Source: an uncultured delta proteobacterium (GTDB lineage Bacteria; Desulfobacterota; Desulfobacteria; Desulfobacterales; JAFDCJ01). From it: a stretch of DNA of 64,000 nt. Position numbers and translations under genes: made by a program. The stretch is taken from contig CAVYNY010000009.1 in NCBI GenBank assembly GCA_963769935.1, positions 64,001-128,000 on the forward strand, given 5' to 3'. This document shows, one piece after another, positions 19,740 through 30,907 of this stretch; positions within the stretch are counted from its first letter, which is position 1; every line of letters starts with the position of its first letter. The notes under the pieces were generated by a model. That model was not told the DNA's origin and did no database searches. It saw nothing but the letters and a program-made list of their open reading frames with translations.

Positions 19740-21780
19740 ATGTATCTTTCGTTCTACAAAATAAAGGAAAAGCCTTTCAGCATCAACACCGATCCCCGGT
19801 TTCTTTGGTATGGGGAAAAACATGGGGAAGCCCTGGCCAATCTTAAATATGGTCTTATGGAGGAAAACGGCTATGTGGTTATGACAGGTGACGCTGGGAC
19901 GGGTAAAACTACGTTGGTGAATGCGCTCATAGAAACATTGGACGATAATGTACTCGTTGCCAAGATTAGCCATCCCACTTTCGGCGCTGACGAATTTCTT
20001 TACTTAGTGGCTAAAACGTACGACTCGACGGTCGAAGTCGCTGGCAAGGCCGATTGTTGGTTCTTTTTCAAATCTTTTCTACAACAGGCGCATGCCGAAG
20101 GCAAAACCACCACTCTCATTATCGACGAGGCTCATCGCTTACCTAAGGCGTCCCTTGAAGAAATACGTCTGCTATCCAACATCGAACAGGCGTACAATAA
20201 ACTTATCAACATCTTCTTAGTCGGACAGAAAGAATTAAAGCTGACACTGTCGTCTCCGGAGTGCAGCGCGCTGCGGCAGAGGATCACGCTTTTTTATGAC
20301 ATTCAACCGCTGTCCGAAGATGAGACCCGGGACTATGTGGTTCACCGTTTGAAAGTTGCCGGCACTGAGGAACAGTTGTTTACCTTCGAGGCGATCCATC
20401 AGATTCAGAATTTTACGCGGGGATATCCGCGCCTCATCAATATAATTTGCGATCGTGCGATGTTGACGGGCTATTTGAAAGAGCAAAAAATGATCGATGC
20501 AGGTATTGTCTCTGAGTGCGCCCGTGAAATCAGCTTTCTTGATACTACGGCATCTGATACCGAAACCATTAAGATTGACAAATTTTCAACGCAGACCCCC
20601 CCGCCGTTGCCGGGTCGTGGATTCATAAGGAGGATCACAAGAACAGCGCCCGAGGAGAATCGAATTCCATGCGGACACGCGTCCGCACAAAAAATGTCAA
20701 AAATGCCACTTATCAAAAGGCCACCACTTCATTGGTGAAAAAGAACCAACGGAAATTGACAGCGATCGGACTCCTTGCAGCCACCGTTCTTGTGGCCTTT
20801 GTGGGGGGCATTGGCCTCAAGATGGGATCGAAGGTTAAAACAGCTGCATCGAGACATGTCGATCGAATTACACTTGCAGAAAAAGCAAGCTTTCCTGCTC
20901 GCCGTGATGCTCTTGCCGAGCTTCAGCAACCAACTGACAACGCTGAATCAGTCTCCGAAATACTTGTGCAGGACGCCCCAAAAGCGGCAACAAAATTGCA
21001 GAAACAGCAACCAGCCGAAGAAATCATCGTCTATAATAAGGAACATGCACCGGCAAGCCCGAAGCCCACAATTGCCGCAATCCCGTCGCTCAAAGAATCT
21101 CGCTCTCGTGAGGCTAAATCAAATGAGCTAAAAAAACCCGCGACGGCAGGGTCAGCTGAATTTACGCCCAAAAAATCACTAAGGAATTTAGACCGACGAC
21201 CCTGGAATTGGCAACCGCAGCGCTGAAACAACAAAACTTTAGGACGGCAATCGAACTGCTCGAAGCTGACCGGAGCCTCGATGCCCAGAAAAGTTCAAAA
21301 GCCAGGGAGCTATATTCAGAAGCACTGACTGGTCGAGCTGGCCAGATTATGGAGAGATCACCACTCGAAGCTGAAACCATGATGCGCAAAGCCGTAGAAG
21401 CGGATCCTAAAAATATCAGAGCCCACTTTGAGCTGGGCAAAATTTACACTCAAACCAAAAAATACGCCCAAGCCATCGACGCCTATCAAAATGCCGTTGC
21501 CCTGAATCCTAATTTTTCCGACGCTTTTTTCAACCTTGGTTTCATCTATGCTACAACCGGTAACTACAAAGAAGCAGAAATTGTTTTTACAAGAGTTGTC
21601 CACTTGAAGCCTACTTATCTTGACAAGGCGCTCTTTAACCTCGCTCTGGTGCAGGAAAGGCTCGGGGAAAAGCAGGAGAGCTTGGCAAATCTGAAAAAGG
21701 CGGTCACTGTCAGGCCGGAGGATAAAAGAATTCAAGCCTATTTAAAACAAGTTGAAATTAGCGCAAAGGAGAGCCCATGA
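19740..21780 (+). pseudogene. ExeA-family AAA ATPase - TM - TPR protein split by two -1 frameshifts (ORFs 19740-20738, 20669-21226, 21208-21780)
   Basis: MYLSFY..KPFS, GDAGTGKT, IIDEAH and RGYPRLIN. The TM segment is in the second frame and the TPRs in the third. Frame overlaps include a C7 run (20596-20602) and an A6 run (21170-21175). Confidence 0.75.
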
Positions 21781-22328
21781 TGGATGTGACGAAAGTATCA
21801 ACCGTCCGTTGCATTATGGTGATGGTCATTTTATGGTCGTTCGGCTGTAGCATATTTCAACCGGCCGGGCAAGAAAAAGTACCGCCTGAGACTCCTGTAC
21901 CACTTGCGACCAAACAGGCTCTGGATTCCCCTAAGGATGCACGCCCACTGCCACCACCCAAAGTAAAATATCTTAACCACAAAATCAAATGGCCGGGTGA
22001 GAATCTCAGTTTGATTGCTCGTTGGTATACCGGATCAGCCAAAAACTGGATGCGCTTGGTAGAGGCCAATCCGGGAATCGAACCGAGACGGATCAAAATA
22101 GGGGATTCAATTTTAATTCCAGAAGACCTCTTGAAAACCCGGCAACCCATGCCGATTGAGTTCCTGTCTTCTGCGACCTCCCCCCAAAAAGCGCCTCCGT
22201 CACCATCGGCAAAAAAGGCAGGTAATTCCGATAAAATCGATCTTTTTGGGCCGATCGATACCGAGGCCCAAACAAGCGACGCTGATGATATCGACTCCCC
22301 CTTGCCCTTGGAGACCATTGAGGAATAA
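21777..22328 (+). CDS. LysM-domain putative lipoprotein
   Basis: Lipobox-like SFGC; HKIKWPGENLSLIARWYTG..W..L.EANP..IGD.ILIP LysM. Confidence 0.85.
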   Translation: MMDVTKVSTVRCIMVMVILWSFGCSIFQPAGQEKVPPETPVPLATKQALDSPKDARPLPPPKVKYLNHKIKWPGENLSLIARWYTGSAKNWMRLVEANPGIEPRRIKIGDSILIPEDLLKTRQPMPIEFLSSATSPQKAPPSPSAKKAGNSDKIDLFGPIDTEAQTSDADDIDSPLPLETIEE

Positions 22329-22588
22329 TTCGCACATCAGGCCCTGTGCTCCCTGCCAAGCTAATTGGGAATTTCAGTGGAAAATTTCGGCAAAATTATC
22401 GATTCAAATCTTAACATAATGAGACCGCTTTCTTTCATAAATTTTACCACCCAACCCGTAATTATAAGCTTACCCAAAGTTCGCGATTGAGGCTATAATG
22501 CAAATCTTTTCAAACTGGCAAAAAATTATGGACAATTCCAATGCCTTTTTAAAGCGATGGAGAACATTTGAAACTTTCACTATACTTC

Positions 22589-23215
22589 TTATGATGTTAC
22601 AAAGTGCGCTTCCAGCCGACCGGATCTCAACTCCACAATTCCCTGGAACTCCGCTGATCTGTTTTCTGAATGCATCGGCCGGAAGCGCACGCAAGGTTTA
22701 CTTATTAAACCTTTGTGCTGCAGCAATTGAGCCTGCTCCGCGGTAATGGTACCGTCCGCAAGCCCTTTTTCAATCAGCTGGTTCATAAGCTCGCGACGCT
22801 CGGACCGGAGTTGGGATTTACGCTCAATTCTATCACTATACTCCTTCGCCTGATCCGGCGTGATATATCCGCCGGCCGCCAGATATTGAACCAGGGTATT
22901 CATCTTTGCCTGCATCGCCGTGTGGAATGCCTGACGATCGATGTTGTATTCTGTCATAAATTCGCGCAGGTGATGCTCTTCCAGCTTTTGCCGGACGGTT
23001 TCGGCAGGTTGGCCGCTCAATTCGGCGAGCACTGAAACTGCCATGGTTTGTTTGGCGTAATAGGCCATGGGCCCGAGTCCGTCTTTTCCATACGCGCCGC
23101 GATGCCGAAATCCCCGACCGGCATCATCCCCCATGCCGGCGGCCACAGCAGCTCCAATGAATACCAGGCCGATTAAAAGCACACCTATGACAATGATGGT
23201 TTGATTCTTTTTCAT
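22589..23215 (-). CDS. exported helical hypothetical protein (C-terminal end uncertain)
   Basis: GGAGG RBS; signal peptide; two G.IT.[DE]QA repeats. Confidence 0.8.
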   Translation of the reverse strand: MKKNQTIIVIGVLLIGLVFIGAAVAAGMGDDAGRGFRHRGAYGKDGLGPMAYYAKQTMAVSVLAELSGQPAETVRQKLEEHHLREFMTEYNIDRQAFHTAMQAKMNTLVQYLAAGGYITPDQAKEYSDRIERKSQLRSERRELMNQLIEKGLADGTITAEQAQLLQHKGLISKPCVRFRPMHSENRSAEFQGIVELRSGRLEAHFVTS

Positions 23216-23283
23216 GAGTACCTCCCTTGGTTTAGTTGGTGAATTTGAGATAACAAAAGACTTTGTTTCCCAGTGTTAATTGC

Positions 23284-23329
23284 ACTATAACAATCGACTG
23301 TGGAGAAAATATGGAGAAATTATGTGAAG
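23284..23329 (-). promoter_or_regulatory. OmpR/BaeR-type direct-repeat operator and -10 element
   Basis: Minus strand CTTCACATAAT-TTCTCCATATT-TTCTCCACA with 11-bp period, followed by TATAGT (23289-23284). Confidence 0.6.
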
Positions 23330-23382
23330 TTCGTAGGGATCTCTGGAATTGTTTGATCTATGAAGTTAATTGTATTAAATAA

Positions 23383-23645
23383 GGTTTCAGGTGTTCCGCC
23401 GAAGGCGGACCGCCGGCCAAAACAAAGGCCGATCTGATCGAAAAAGAAACATAATGGTTCACCGCCGAGACCGCCGAGACCGCCGAGAAAGAAATTTCTA
23501 ATTTGTCTCCGCGCTCTCTGCGCTCTCAGCGGTGAGACACTTCATAAAAATGACCTCGAATTTAATGAAGTTTCATACGAGCGCCGCCGCTGGCCGCAAG
23601 CGTCCAGTCTGATCGTAGAAGAAACTTAATGTAGTTTCATATATG
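23383..23645. repeat. composite intergenic repeat, copy 2 (lacks the 32-bp internal insert)
   Basis: Aligns with 4694-4825 and 63444-63672. Confidence 0.9.
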
Positions 23646-23713
23646 GTGTTAGCTCAGACGCCGTCAGCCGAAGTTTATATGGCAGGGTGGACAGTTTGAT
23701 CGGAAGAAAATTA

Positions 23714-25171
23714 ATGAAGACAAAGCTTTTCTATAAAATTTTCGCCACGTTTTTATTGACGTCTTTTATGATCGTGGCCCTGATGGTCGGCTTCATACGA
23801 TTTTATGTGACCCGCAATTTTACGGACTATGTCAACAACGCCGCCTTGGAGAGGCTCGATGACCTAAAGGACGAATTGGCTGCGGTCTATCGGCAGCATG
23901 GGGATTGGAGCTCTCTGGAAGACAATCAGCCGCGCTGGGAAGAAGTTTTGCGCTCCCAAATTCCGCGCCAAGATTTTAGCTTACGGCGGCACCCGTCCGT
24001 ATTTTCTGATTCTGAGAGTAAAACCGGTTTGCGATCTTCTCAGAGCAGCGCGTCGTCGACATCGCGCGAACGTCTTCATCGACTTGCCCGGGGGCTTGCC
24101 CTTTTTGATGCTCAGCAGCAAAAGGTCGTCGGGAGCCGGCCGGGTCTATCCGCTGAGAGTTTTACGCTGTCGGAAATCAGCGTTGACGGCAAAATCGTCG
24201 GCTGGCTGGGGCTTTATAAAAGGGAGCACCTGTCGAACCAGCGGGTGGCTGCATTTTTAGCTCAGCAATCCCGGGCATTATATCTGATCGGCGGCCCGAT
24301 TCTGCTGCTGGCAGCGATCGTTGCGTTTCTTTTGTCCAGACACTTTCTGGCACCCATCCGGCAGCTCACGGCCGGAACCCGGGCCTTGAGTTCGCGGCGA
24401 TTCGACACCCGAATCGAGGTGCATTCACAGGATGAGCTGGGACAGCTCGCCCGTGATTTCAACATGATGGCCCAAACCCTGGCAAAATACGAAAAAATGC
24501 GCCAACAATGGATCTCCGATATCTCGCATGAGCTGCGCACGCCCCTGTCTGTTTTGCGCGGCGAACTGGAAGCAATTCAAGACGGCGTGCGGGAGATGAA
24601 CCGGGAAACACTGGATTCCCTGCATGCCGAAGTGCTGCATGTAGCCAAGATCGTAAATGATCTGCATGAGCTGTCATTGGCCGATGCCGGTTCGCTTTCT
24701 TTCAACAAGGAACCGATCGACCCGCTGCTGGTTCTGGCCGACACCCTGAAAGCCTTTAGAACCCGGTTCGAGAGGCAGGCCATCGATTTGCAGGCAGATC
24801 TGGCTTCTGATGCGCGGGTCCGCATTCTGGGAGATGCAGATCGACTCACCCAGCTCTTTTCCAATCTGCTGGAAAACACCCTGCGCTATGCAGATGCGCC
24901 CGGGACTTTAAAATTGGGGTACAATCGTACGGCAAACCAAATCACGCTGTATTTTGAGGATTCCGGCCCCGGCGTGCCGCAGGCATCATTGGAGCACCTT
25001 TTTGACAGGCTCTACCGTGTGGATAAATCAAGAAGCCGCGCGCTGGGAGGCAGCGGTCTGGGCTTGAGTATTTGCAAAAGTATCGTGGATACTCTCGGGG
25101 GACAAATCAGGGCCGTCAACGCTCCATCAGGCGGTCTGCGCATTGAAATTGTGCTGCCGCTGGAAAGCTGA
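23714..25171 (+). CDS. BaeS-like HAMP sensor histidine kinase
   Basis: Two TM segments; DELGQLARDFN; ISHELRTPL; N/G boxes (GGSGLGLSI). Confidence 0.95.
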   Translation: MKTKLFYKIFATFLLTSFMIVALMVGFIRFYVTRNFTDYVNNAALERLDDLKDELAAVYRQHGDWSSLEDNQPRWEEVLRSQIPRQDFSLRRHPSVFSDSESKTGLRSSQSSASSTSRERLHRLARGLALFDAQQQKVVGSRPGLSAESFTLSEISVDGKIVGWLGLYKREHLSNQRVAAFLAQQSRALYLIGGPILLLAAIVAFLLSRHFLAPIRQLTAGTRALSSRRFDTRIEVHSQDELGQLARDFNMMAQTLAKYEKMRQQWISDISHELRTPLSVLRGELEAIQDGVREMNRETLDSLHAEVLHVAKIVNDLHELSLADAGSLSFNKEPIDPLLVLADTLKAFRTRFERQAIDLQADLASDARVRILGDADRLTQLFSNLLENTLRYADAPGTLKLGYNRTANQITLYFEDSGPGVPQASLEHLFDRLYRVDKSRSRALGGSGLGLSICKSIVDTLGGQIRAVNAPSGGLRIEIVLPLES

Positions 25172-25312
25172 GAAGATGAGAAGTTGAGAAGTTGGGAAAT
25201 AAACCGGCATTTCTTCCTTTCTCCTTGATCATCTTCAACTCAATCAATTCAATCTACTTATTCAACTCTATGAACTATGATCTATCAACTATGAACTTTC
25301 AACTATCAACCC
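25170..25312. repeat. mosaic of 8-mer (GAGAAGTT), 9-mer (TCAACTCAA) and 7-mer (CTATGAA) tandem repeats
   Basis: Visible periodicity between the kinase and regulator genes. Confidence 0.8.
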
Positions 25313-25351
25313 ATAAAGCATGTAGCTGACAAAATTGGAAAGCGAGCGTTC

Positions 25352-26047
25352 ATGGCAACCGAACATATACTTGTCGTTGAAGACGAGCAGAAAATAGCGC
25401 GGCTCATCTGCGATTATCTGGCAAAATCAGGGTATAAAACCGATCACCTGGACCGCGGCGACAAGGTCATTCCCTGCATCAAAAAAGATATGCCGGATCT
25501 GATTCTGCTGGATCTGATGCTGCCCGGCATGGAGGGTACCGACGTTTGCCGGGAGATTCGAAAATTTTCCGACGTACCGGTTATCATGATCACGGCCCGC
25601 GTCGAAGAAATCGACCGGCTGCTGGGCCTTGAGCTGGGAGCCGATGACTATATCTGCAAGCCGTTCAGCCCCCGCGAGGTGGTGGCCCGCGTCAAAGCGG
25701 TGCTGCGCCGCGCTTTGCCGAAACAGGATGTCAAGCAAATGAAAGCCGGCCCCATATTGCTGGAAGAAGACACCCACCAGGTCAGGATCGGCGATTGGAA
25801 TTTGATTTTAACTCCCAGTGAATTCGGATTGCTGAAAGTTTTTATGTCCCACCCCAACCGCGTATTTTCCCGCAGCGAATTGCTCGACCGGGTGCAGGGC
25901 TACCAGTTCGAGGGCTATGACCGCACCATCGACAGCCACGTCAAAAATCTGCGCAAAAAAATTGCCGCCGTACTCCCCGATCAGGAAATCATCAGCACGG
26001 TCTATGGCGTGGGATACAAGTTCAGCGAGCTGTCTGAAGAATCTTGA
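25352..26047 (+). CDS. BaeR-like OmpR family response regulator
   Basis: LLDLMLP, GADDYICKPFSPREV, RTIDSHVKNLRKK and VYGVGY motifs. Confidence 0.96.
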   Translation: MATEHILVVEDEQKIARLICDYLAKSGYKTDHLDRGDKVIPCIKKDMPDLILLDLMLPGMEGTDVCREIRKFSDVPVIMITARVEEIDRLLGLELGADDYICKPFSPREVVARVKAVLRRALPKQDVKQMKAGPILLEEDTHQVRIGDWNLILTPSEFGLLKVFMSHPNRVFSRSELLDRVQGYQFEGYDRTIDSHVKNLRKKIAAVLPDQEIISTVYGVGYKFSELSEES

Positions 26048-26115
26048 CACCTTGATATATCTAAATAATCCCGATTGACGGCAAACAAAATGGCAACCCG
26101 CCAGGGAGATGAACA

Positions 26116-26505
26116 ATGAACTCCAAAGAAGATAAAAGGACATCATTGGCAGCGGCTGAAAATATGATGCAGGATGAAATGGAGACACCAGCGACCGTAA
26201 TTGCCCAAGGGGCGCACGTTAAGGGGGTCATAAGCTGCCCGGATCAGCTTTCCGTTTTGGGAAGTATGGAAGGAGACATCGATTGCGGCGGGATGGTCAA
26301 AATAGGCCCTAAAGGCGTCGTGCAGGGGAATATATTTGCCCGCAAGGTCATCCTGGAAGGCGCGGTTCATGGCCATATACAATCGGCCGAATACGTTGAA
26401 ATCAAGCCCACCGGACGACTGATCGGTAATCTCAACGCCGCTAAAATCAGGCTGTTTGGGGGTTGCATTTTTGAAGGTAAGTCCATCATGCAAAGAGAAG
26501 CATAA
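26116..26505 (+). CDS. bactofilin (polymer-forming cytoskeletal protein)
   Basis: TVIAQG..VKG.I..G.MEGDI..IG..G.V.GNI beta-helix pattern. Confidence 0.88.
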   Translation: MNSKEDKRTSLAAAENMMQDEMETPATVIAQGAHVKGVISCPDQLSVLGSMEGDIDCGGMVKIGPKGVVQGNIFARKVILEGAVHGHIQSAEYVEIKPTGRLIGNLNAAKIRLFGGCIFEGKSIMQREA

Positions 26506-26515
26506 AACCGGGACT

Positions 26516-28513
26516 TTACTTCAAGACCTGATCAACCACTTCGTTTAATTCATCGATCGTGATAATTTCGAGGTCTTTTCGGATCTCTTCCGGAATTTCT
26601 CTGAGATTGGCTTCATTTTTAACCGGAAACACAACGGTTTTGATCCCGGCCCGGTGAGCGGCCAGCAACTTTTCTTTAACGCCGCCGACCGGGAGTATCC
26701 GGCCGGTTAATGTCAGTTCCCCGCTCAAGGCCGTATCCCGGCGGCAGGGTCGTCCGGTGATAAGAGACAGCAGGGCGACGGCGATCGTTAATCCTGCCGA
26801 AGGCCCGTCTTTGGGAATCGCGCCGGCGGGCACATGGATGTGAATATCATGCAGTTCGAAAAAATCCTCCGGTATGAGATATTCGCCGGTATGACTTCGG
26901 ATGTAGCTCATGGCAGCCTGGGCCGATTCCTTCATCACATTGCCGAGGGAGCCCGTCAGGATCAGCTGGCTTTTGCCTTTCATCTTGGTTGCCTCGATAA
27001 AAATAATCTCTCCTCCGCTGTCCGTCCATGCCAGGCCGGTCGCCACGCCGATTCTGTCTTTAGCCTGAGTGACCTCAAAATAAAATTTCCTGGGCCCCAG
27101 CAGGGTCTCTACGATTTCCGGAGTAACATAATCCGGCGCCTGTCTGAAATCACGGCTTAATTGATCGCGGGCGATTTTACGGCACAGGGATGCGATTTGC
27201 CGCTGAAGGTTGCGCAGACCCGCCTCCCGGGTATATTCCCTGATAATTTTGCGGACCGCCTCTTTCGCAAACCGGACGGAATCCGCGATCAGCCCGGCGG
27301 CTTGGATTTCTTTCGGAATCAGATATCTGAACGCGATCTGCTCTTTTTCCAGTTCCGTATATCCGGAAAGGTACAGGACTTCGAATCGGTCCAGCAGCGG
27401 TTCGGGTATGGGATCGATGGTATTGGCGGTGGCAATAAACATGGTCTTTGAGAGGTCAAAGGGAACATCGAGATAGTGATCCATAAATTGATTGTTCTGC
27501 TCCGGATCCAGGACTTCCAGCAGGGCTGAGGCCGGATCTCCTTTGAATTCCTGACCGATTTTGTCTATTTCATCCAGCATAAATACCGGATTCTTAGCTT
27601 CACAGCGCCTGATTTCCTGGATAATGCGTCCGGGCAGCGCCCCCACATAGCTGCGGCGGTGTCCCCTGATCTGGGCCTCGTCCTTCATACCGCCCAGGGA
27701 GATGCGAATAAATTTGCGTTCCAGGCTGCGGGCGATGGACATTCCCAGCGACGTTTTTCCGGTGCCCGGCGGTCCCACAAAACACAAAAGCGGGCCCCGG
27801 GACTCCAGCTGGGCTCTTTTTTTTGACAACGCCGCTTTGACGGTGGACCGAATCTCATCCAGCTTGAAAGGCTTGGAAAGGTAATAATAAGATCCTTTTT
27901 TCATGGCTTCTACGGCTGTCGGTACCGTCGCGTAACCGCTGATCATGATGACCTCGACGGTAGGATCCTTTTTCTTGGCCGATTCCAGCACCCCCATACC
28001 GTCGACATTTTCCATTTTAAGATCGGTAATGATGACCTCAAAACTTTGCTTTTCCAAAAGATTCAGGGCCTCTGCACCGCCGGCGGCCGTCATCACCTCG
28101 CAGCCCTCGCGAGTCAGCACATGATCCAGGTTTTTGCGGGTAATTTCCTCATCATCAACCACCAAAATGCGGTGTTTGCGCGACAGCTTCAATATCCGCA
28201 CCGCCAGGTGTTCCAAAATGCGGTCCTTAACCTCCGCCAGACCGTAATGGGCTTCGTCTAAGATGGCCTCCGCGCGCCGGATGTCCAGGTTGTCCTCGGT
28301 CGATTTGTTCCAGGGCAGACTTGCCAAATACTCGATATGGTTGGTGCCGATGGTGTATTCCGGCGCGGAAGGGCTGGTTCTATTAAGCTTTTCCAGTTCT
28401 TTGAGGGCAATTTTTTCAACCTGGGGCGGCATCCGGGCTTCCCGCACCAGTTCCACAAACCCGTCGATCTCGGTGGGTTCCTGATTGTCTTCGGCTTTTT
28501 TAAATATTCCCAT
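26516..28513 (-). CDS. lon: Lon protease lacking the N-domain, with an inserted receiver domain
   Basis: [15 protein letters not shown] (ILVVDDE..TDLKM..ISGY..KPF); [42 protein letters not shown]. Confidence 0.95.
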   Translation of the reverse strand: MGIFKKAEDNQEPTEIDGFVELVREARMPPQVEKIALKELEKLNRTSPSAPEYTIGTNHIEYLASLPWNKSTEDNLDIRRAEAILDEAHYGLAEVKDRILEHLAVRILKLSRKHRILVVDDEEITRKNLDHVLTREGCEVMTAAGGAEALNLLEKQSFEVIITDLKMENVDGMGVLESAKKKDPTVEVIMISGYATVPTAVEAMKKGSYYYLSKPFKLDEIRSTVKAALSKKRAQLESRGPLLCFVGPPGTGKTSLGMSIARSLERKFIRISLGGMKDEAQIRGHRRSYVGALPGRIIQEIRRCEAKNPVFMLDEIDKIGQEFKGDPASALLEVLDPEQNNQFMDHYLDVPFDLSKTMFIATANTIDPIPEPLLDRFEVLYLSGYTELEKEQIAFRYLIPKEIQAAGLIADSVRFAKEAVRKIIREYTREAGLRNLQRQIASLCRKIARDQLSRDFRQAPDYVTPEIVETLLGPRKFYFEVTQAKDRIGVATGLAWTDSGGEIIFIEATKMKGKSQLILTGSLGNVMKESAQAAMSYIRSHTGEYLIPEDFFELHDIHIHVPAGAIPKDGPSAGLTIAVALLSLITGRPCRRDTALSGELTLTGRILPVGGVKEKLLAAHRAGIKTVVFPVKNEANLREIPEEIRKDLEIITIDELNEVVDQVLK

Positions 28514-28829
28514 AAACTGATATACCGTAATAAAGGAATGCCAAAAGTGATCTAAATTGCCAAAAGTGACAAAAATTAAGGAAACGCTGCGCTGTCTTTT
28601 TATGAAATTGACAGAATAGCAAAATTTTAGCTCACTTTTCTTCAGTTTTCAAAGATCAATATAATAGAATCCTCGAGGCAAGTCAAAACTTGTTTGGGTC
28701 ATTGGAATTTGCATATTGTTTGTTATTGGTAATTTGGTGCTTATAATTTTTTATATACACAGAGGCACCAAAAACCAAACAACCAGCTGGTTTTTTTTTG
28801 TGCAATTCTGGGATTTAACCCTGGACATC

Positions 28830-29723
28830 TCACCTCAGAATTAGCACCGACGACTCGCCGGCCCGGATGAGTCGATCCACTGTCTTGCGGGAAAACGCCT
28901 TTTGCAGGATGGATTTTTCTCCCATCCAGAGCGCCATCAGGCCCCAGCGCCCTTCCTGGCTGACAAAGGTTTCCAGGGAGGAAATCTTCACCAGCTCTAT
29001 CCGCGGCCAGATTTTTTTGGCGGTATAGTATTTCAGAATCGCGTCCAATTTTCGTTCGACATTTTTGGGTAAACTCTCACCTTCCGTCAACCCCACAACT
29101 TCCAGCTCAGCCCCGTGAAGGGTTACCATCTGACTGATCATCTCAAGGGATTCCTGGCTGACACGGTCATGGTCCAGGCAGCAGAGAATTTTCTTAATTT
29201 CCTTCTCTTTTTTTATTACCCACACCGAGCAGTTGGCCGAGGAGGCTACTTTCTGCGGGATGTTGCCCCATTCTTCCCAGAAACACGCCTGGCCCCGTTC
29301 ACAGCCGAGAACAATAAGATCACTGCCGTCCTGCCGGGCTTCCGCCAGAATCTCCTTGACAGGATTCCCCTGGCGTATCGTCACATTGAAATCTTTACGG
29401 CTGCTGCGCCCCACGTAGAATTCCTGCCAAAGGTTGGGTTCTATTCGCAGCAGTTCGTATTCGAATTTCAGCTGGGTATAAGGCGAGGCCTCGCCTTCAA
29501 AACGGCTGAGAAACGCATCACGATAGGCATGCATGGCCTTGGCAAGAGAAGGATCAATTTTGCGCCGGCCTGAATCAGATGCGGATGTGTCGACGCCGGT
29601 CCTTTTTTTGGGCTGCAGCCCTAAAAGGGTGATGTCGCCCCAGGTGTTCATTGCCAGACCGGCCACCTGGTGAACAGCGTGGGCGCTGTAAGGATTTTGA
29701 TCTACAGCAACGAGAATTCTCAT
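28830..29723 (-). CDS. tandem universal stress protein-like
   Basis: MRILVAVD; RQGNPVKEIL..SDLIVLG; C-terminal SSVLILR. Confidence 0.85.
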   Translation of the reverse strand: MRILVAVDQNPYSAHAVHQVAGLAMNTWGDITLLGLQPKKRTGVDTSASDSGRRKIDPSLAKAMHAYRDAFLSRFEGEASPYTQLKFEYELLRIEPNLWQEFYVGRSSRKDFNVTIRQGNPVKEILAEARQDGSDLIVLGCERGQACFWEEWGNIPQKVASSANCSVWVIKKEKEIKKILCCLDHDRVSQESLEMISQMVTLHGAELEVVGLTEGESLPKNVERKLDAILKYYTAKKIWPRIELVKISSLETFVSQEGRWGLMALWMGEKSILQKAFSRKTVDRLIRAGESSVLILR

Positions 29724-29738
29724 AAGTACCTCTAATTT

Positions 29739-30557
29739 TTAGTGCCAGCCAATCAGAACTGGAGAAGGATTGCGACTCAACAGATCTACCATGGGCCTAT
29801 TTTCTAAATTCTCACGCGGAAGAGACGCCAGGACCATACCGTAGTCCTGTATCGATTGATCGAGTGATTCGGAAACGGCTTCAACGATCCGGCTTGCTCT
29901 GGGTTTGCGGCCCTTTGCGGCCAGCATGTTCTCGGCAGCCCGCAGAGCGGTTTCCAGGCGGAATGTTGCGTTGGGCTCGGCAGCTTCTCCCGTATTCTGA
30001 AACCGGCAGCAAACGAGGTCGAGGTCGACCTGGACCCCTTCAAATAATTTTAAAAAGACCGATACGCAAGACTGCATGTCGTTTGCTTCCCCCAATGCCA
30101 AAATACCCTTGTCCAGACTCATCAGGTTTTTGACCAGTAAAGCCGGGCACGGCAGGTTTCGATAAAGCCGCGAATGGATTTTCTTTAGAAAATTCGCCGG
30201 TTCAAAAGCGTGCAAAATACCTTCGCTGAACAGATCGTAATCTGCAACCTGCAGCTCGTGCAGAATCTCCATATCCCGCTTGCCGGCAACCATTTTCGGA
30301 TTTCCCAGCTCGGGACATGCAACCTTTTCCGCCTGGATCAGCTGGGCAATGCTGTCCCGGCCCTTCAGGACCATCGCATCCTCCCAGGTCTGCCGCACCC
30401 AGCCGGTGCCCGGCGTAGGGCCTTGTTCATCCGGTTTGGCCACATAAATCATCTGCAGCCTCAAACCGGTCAATTCTGCCAAATGACAGGCATATCGTAT
30501 GGCAATACTGGATGCCAGATCAGCCTTTACAGCAATCAATGCCTTGAGCGTGCTCAT
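29739..30557 (-). CDS. tandem universal stress protein-like
   Basis: LKALIAV..S..A.RYA; PCPALLVK; C-terminal PSPVLI. Confidence 0.8.
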   Translation of the reverse strand: MSTLKALIAVKADLASSIAIRYACHLAELTGLRLQMIYVAKPDEQGPTPGTGWVRQTWEDAMVLKGRDSIAQLIQAEKVACPELGNPKMVAGKRDMEILHELQVADYDLFSEGILHAFEPANFLKKIHSRLYRNLPCPALLVKNLMSLDKGILALGEANDMQSCVSVFLKLFEGVQVDLDLVCCRFQNTGEAAEPNATFRLETALRAAENMLAAKGRKPRASRIVEAVSESLDQSIQDYGMVLASLPRENLENRPMVDLLSRNPSPVLIGWH

Positions 30558-30675
30558 CGTCCTATATCCTCTTTCATGTCTACTTAACTAAGTACACGGT
30601 TTCATAAATAAGGCAGCGTATAATCTACTGAAGCCCAGCCGATGATTTGACCGCCTTTACGATGAATGATTTTAA

Positions 30676-30832
30676 TTTTCACCGCAAGACGCAATGAGCG
30701 CAAAGGGTACTTTTCTTTTCATTTGCCTTCCTCCTTGCCTTGCCATAGGCCCATTCTTTAAAGGACGAAGGCAGGTCAACGGCAAATAATAAATATTTTC
30801 TCTCTGCATCCTTCGCGCCTCTGCGGTGAAAA
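30676..30832. repeat. palindromic element with TTTTCACCGCA/TGCGGTGAAAA ends and a nested hairpin
   Basis: Terminal inverted repeat, related to the CACCGCAGAG/CTCAGCGGTG module of the composite repeat. Confidence 0.7.
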
Positions 30833-30907
30833 AATATTACTACCAATACGTCACCGTAATTACGAATCGTGAACTAAGGCTTCCTCTGGAAGCCTCCGCC
30901 GCCGAAA

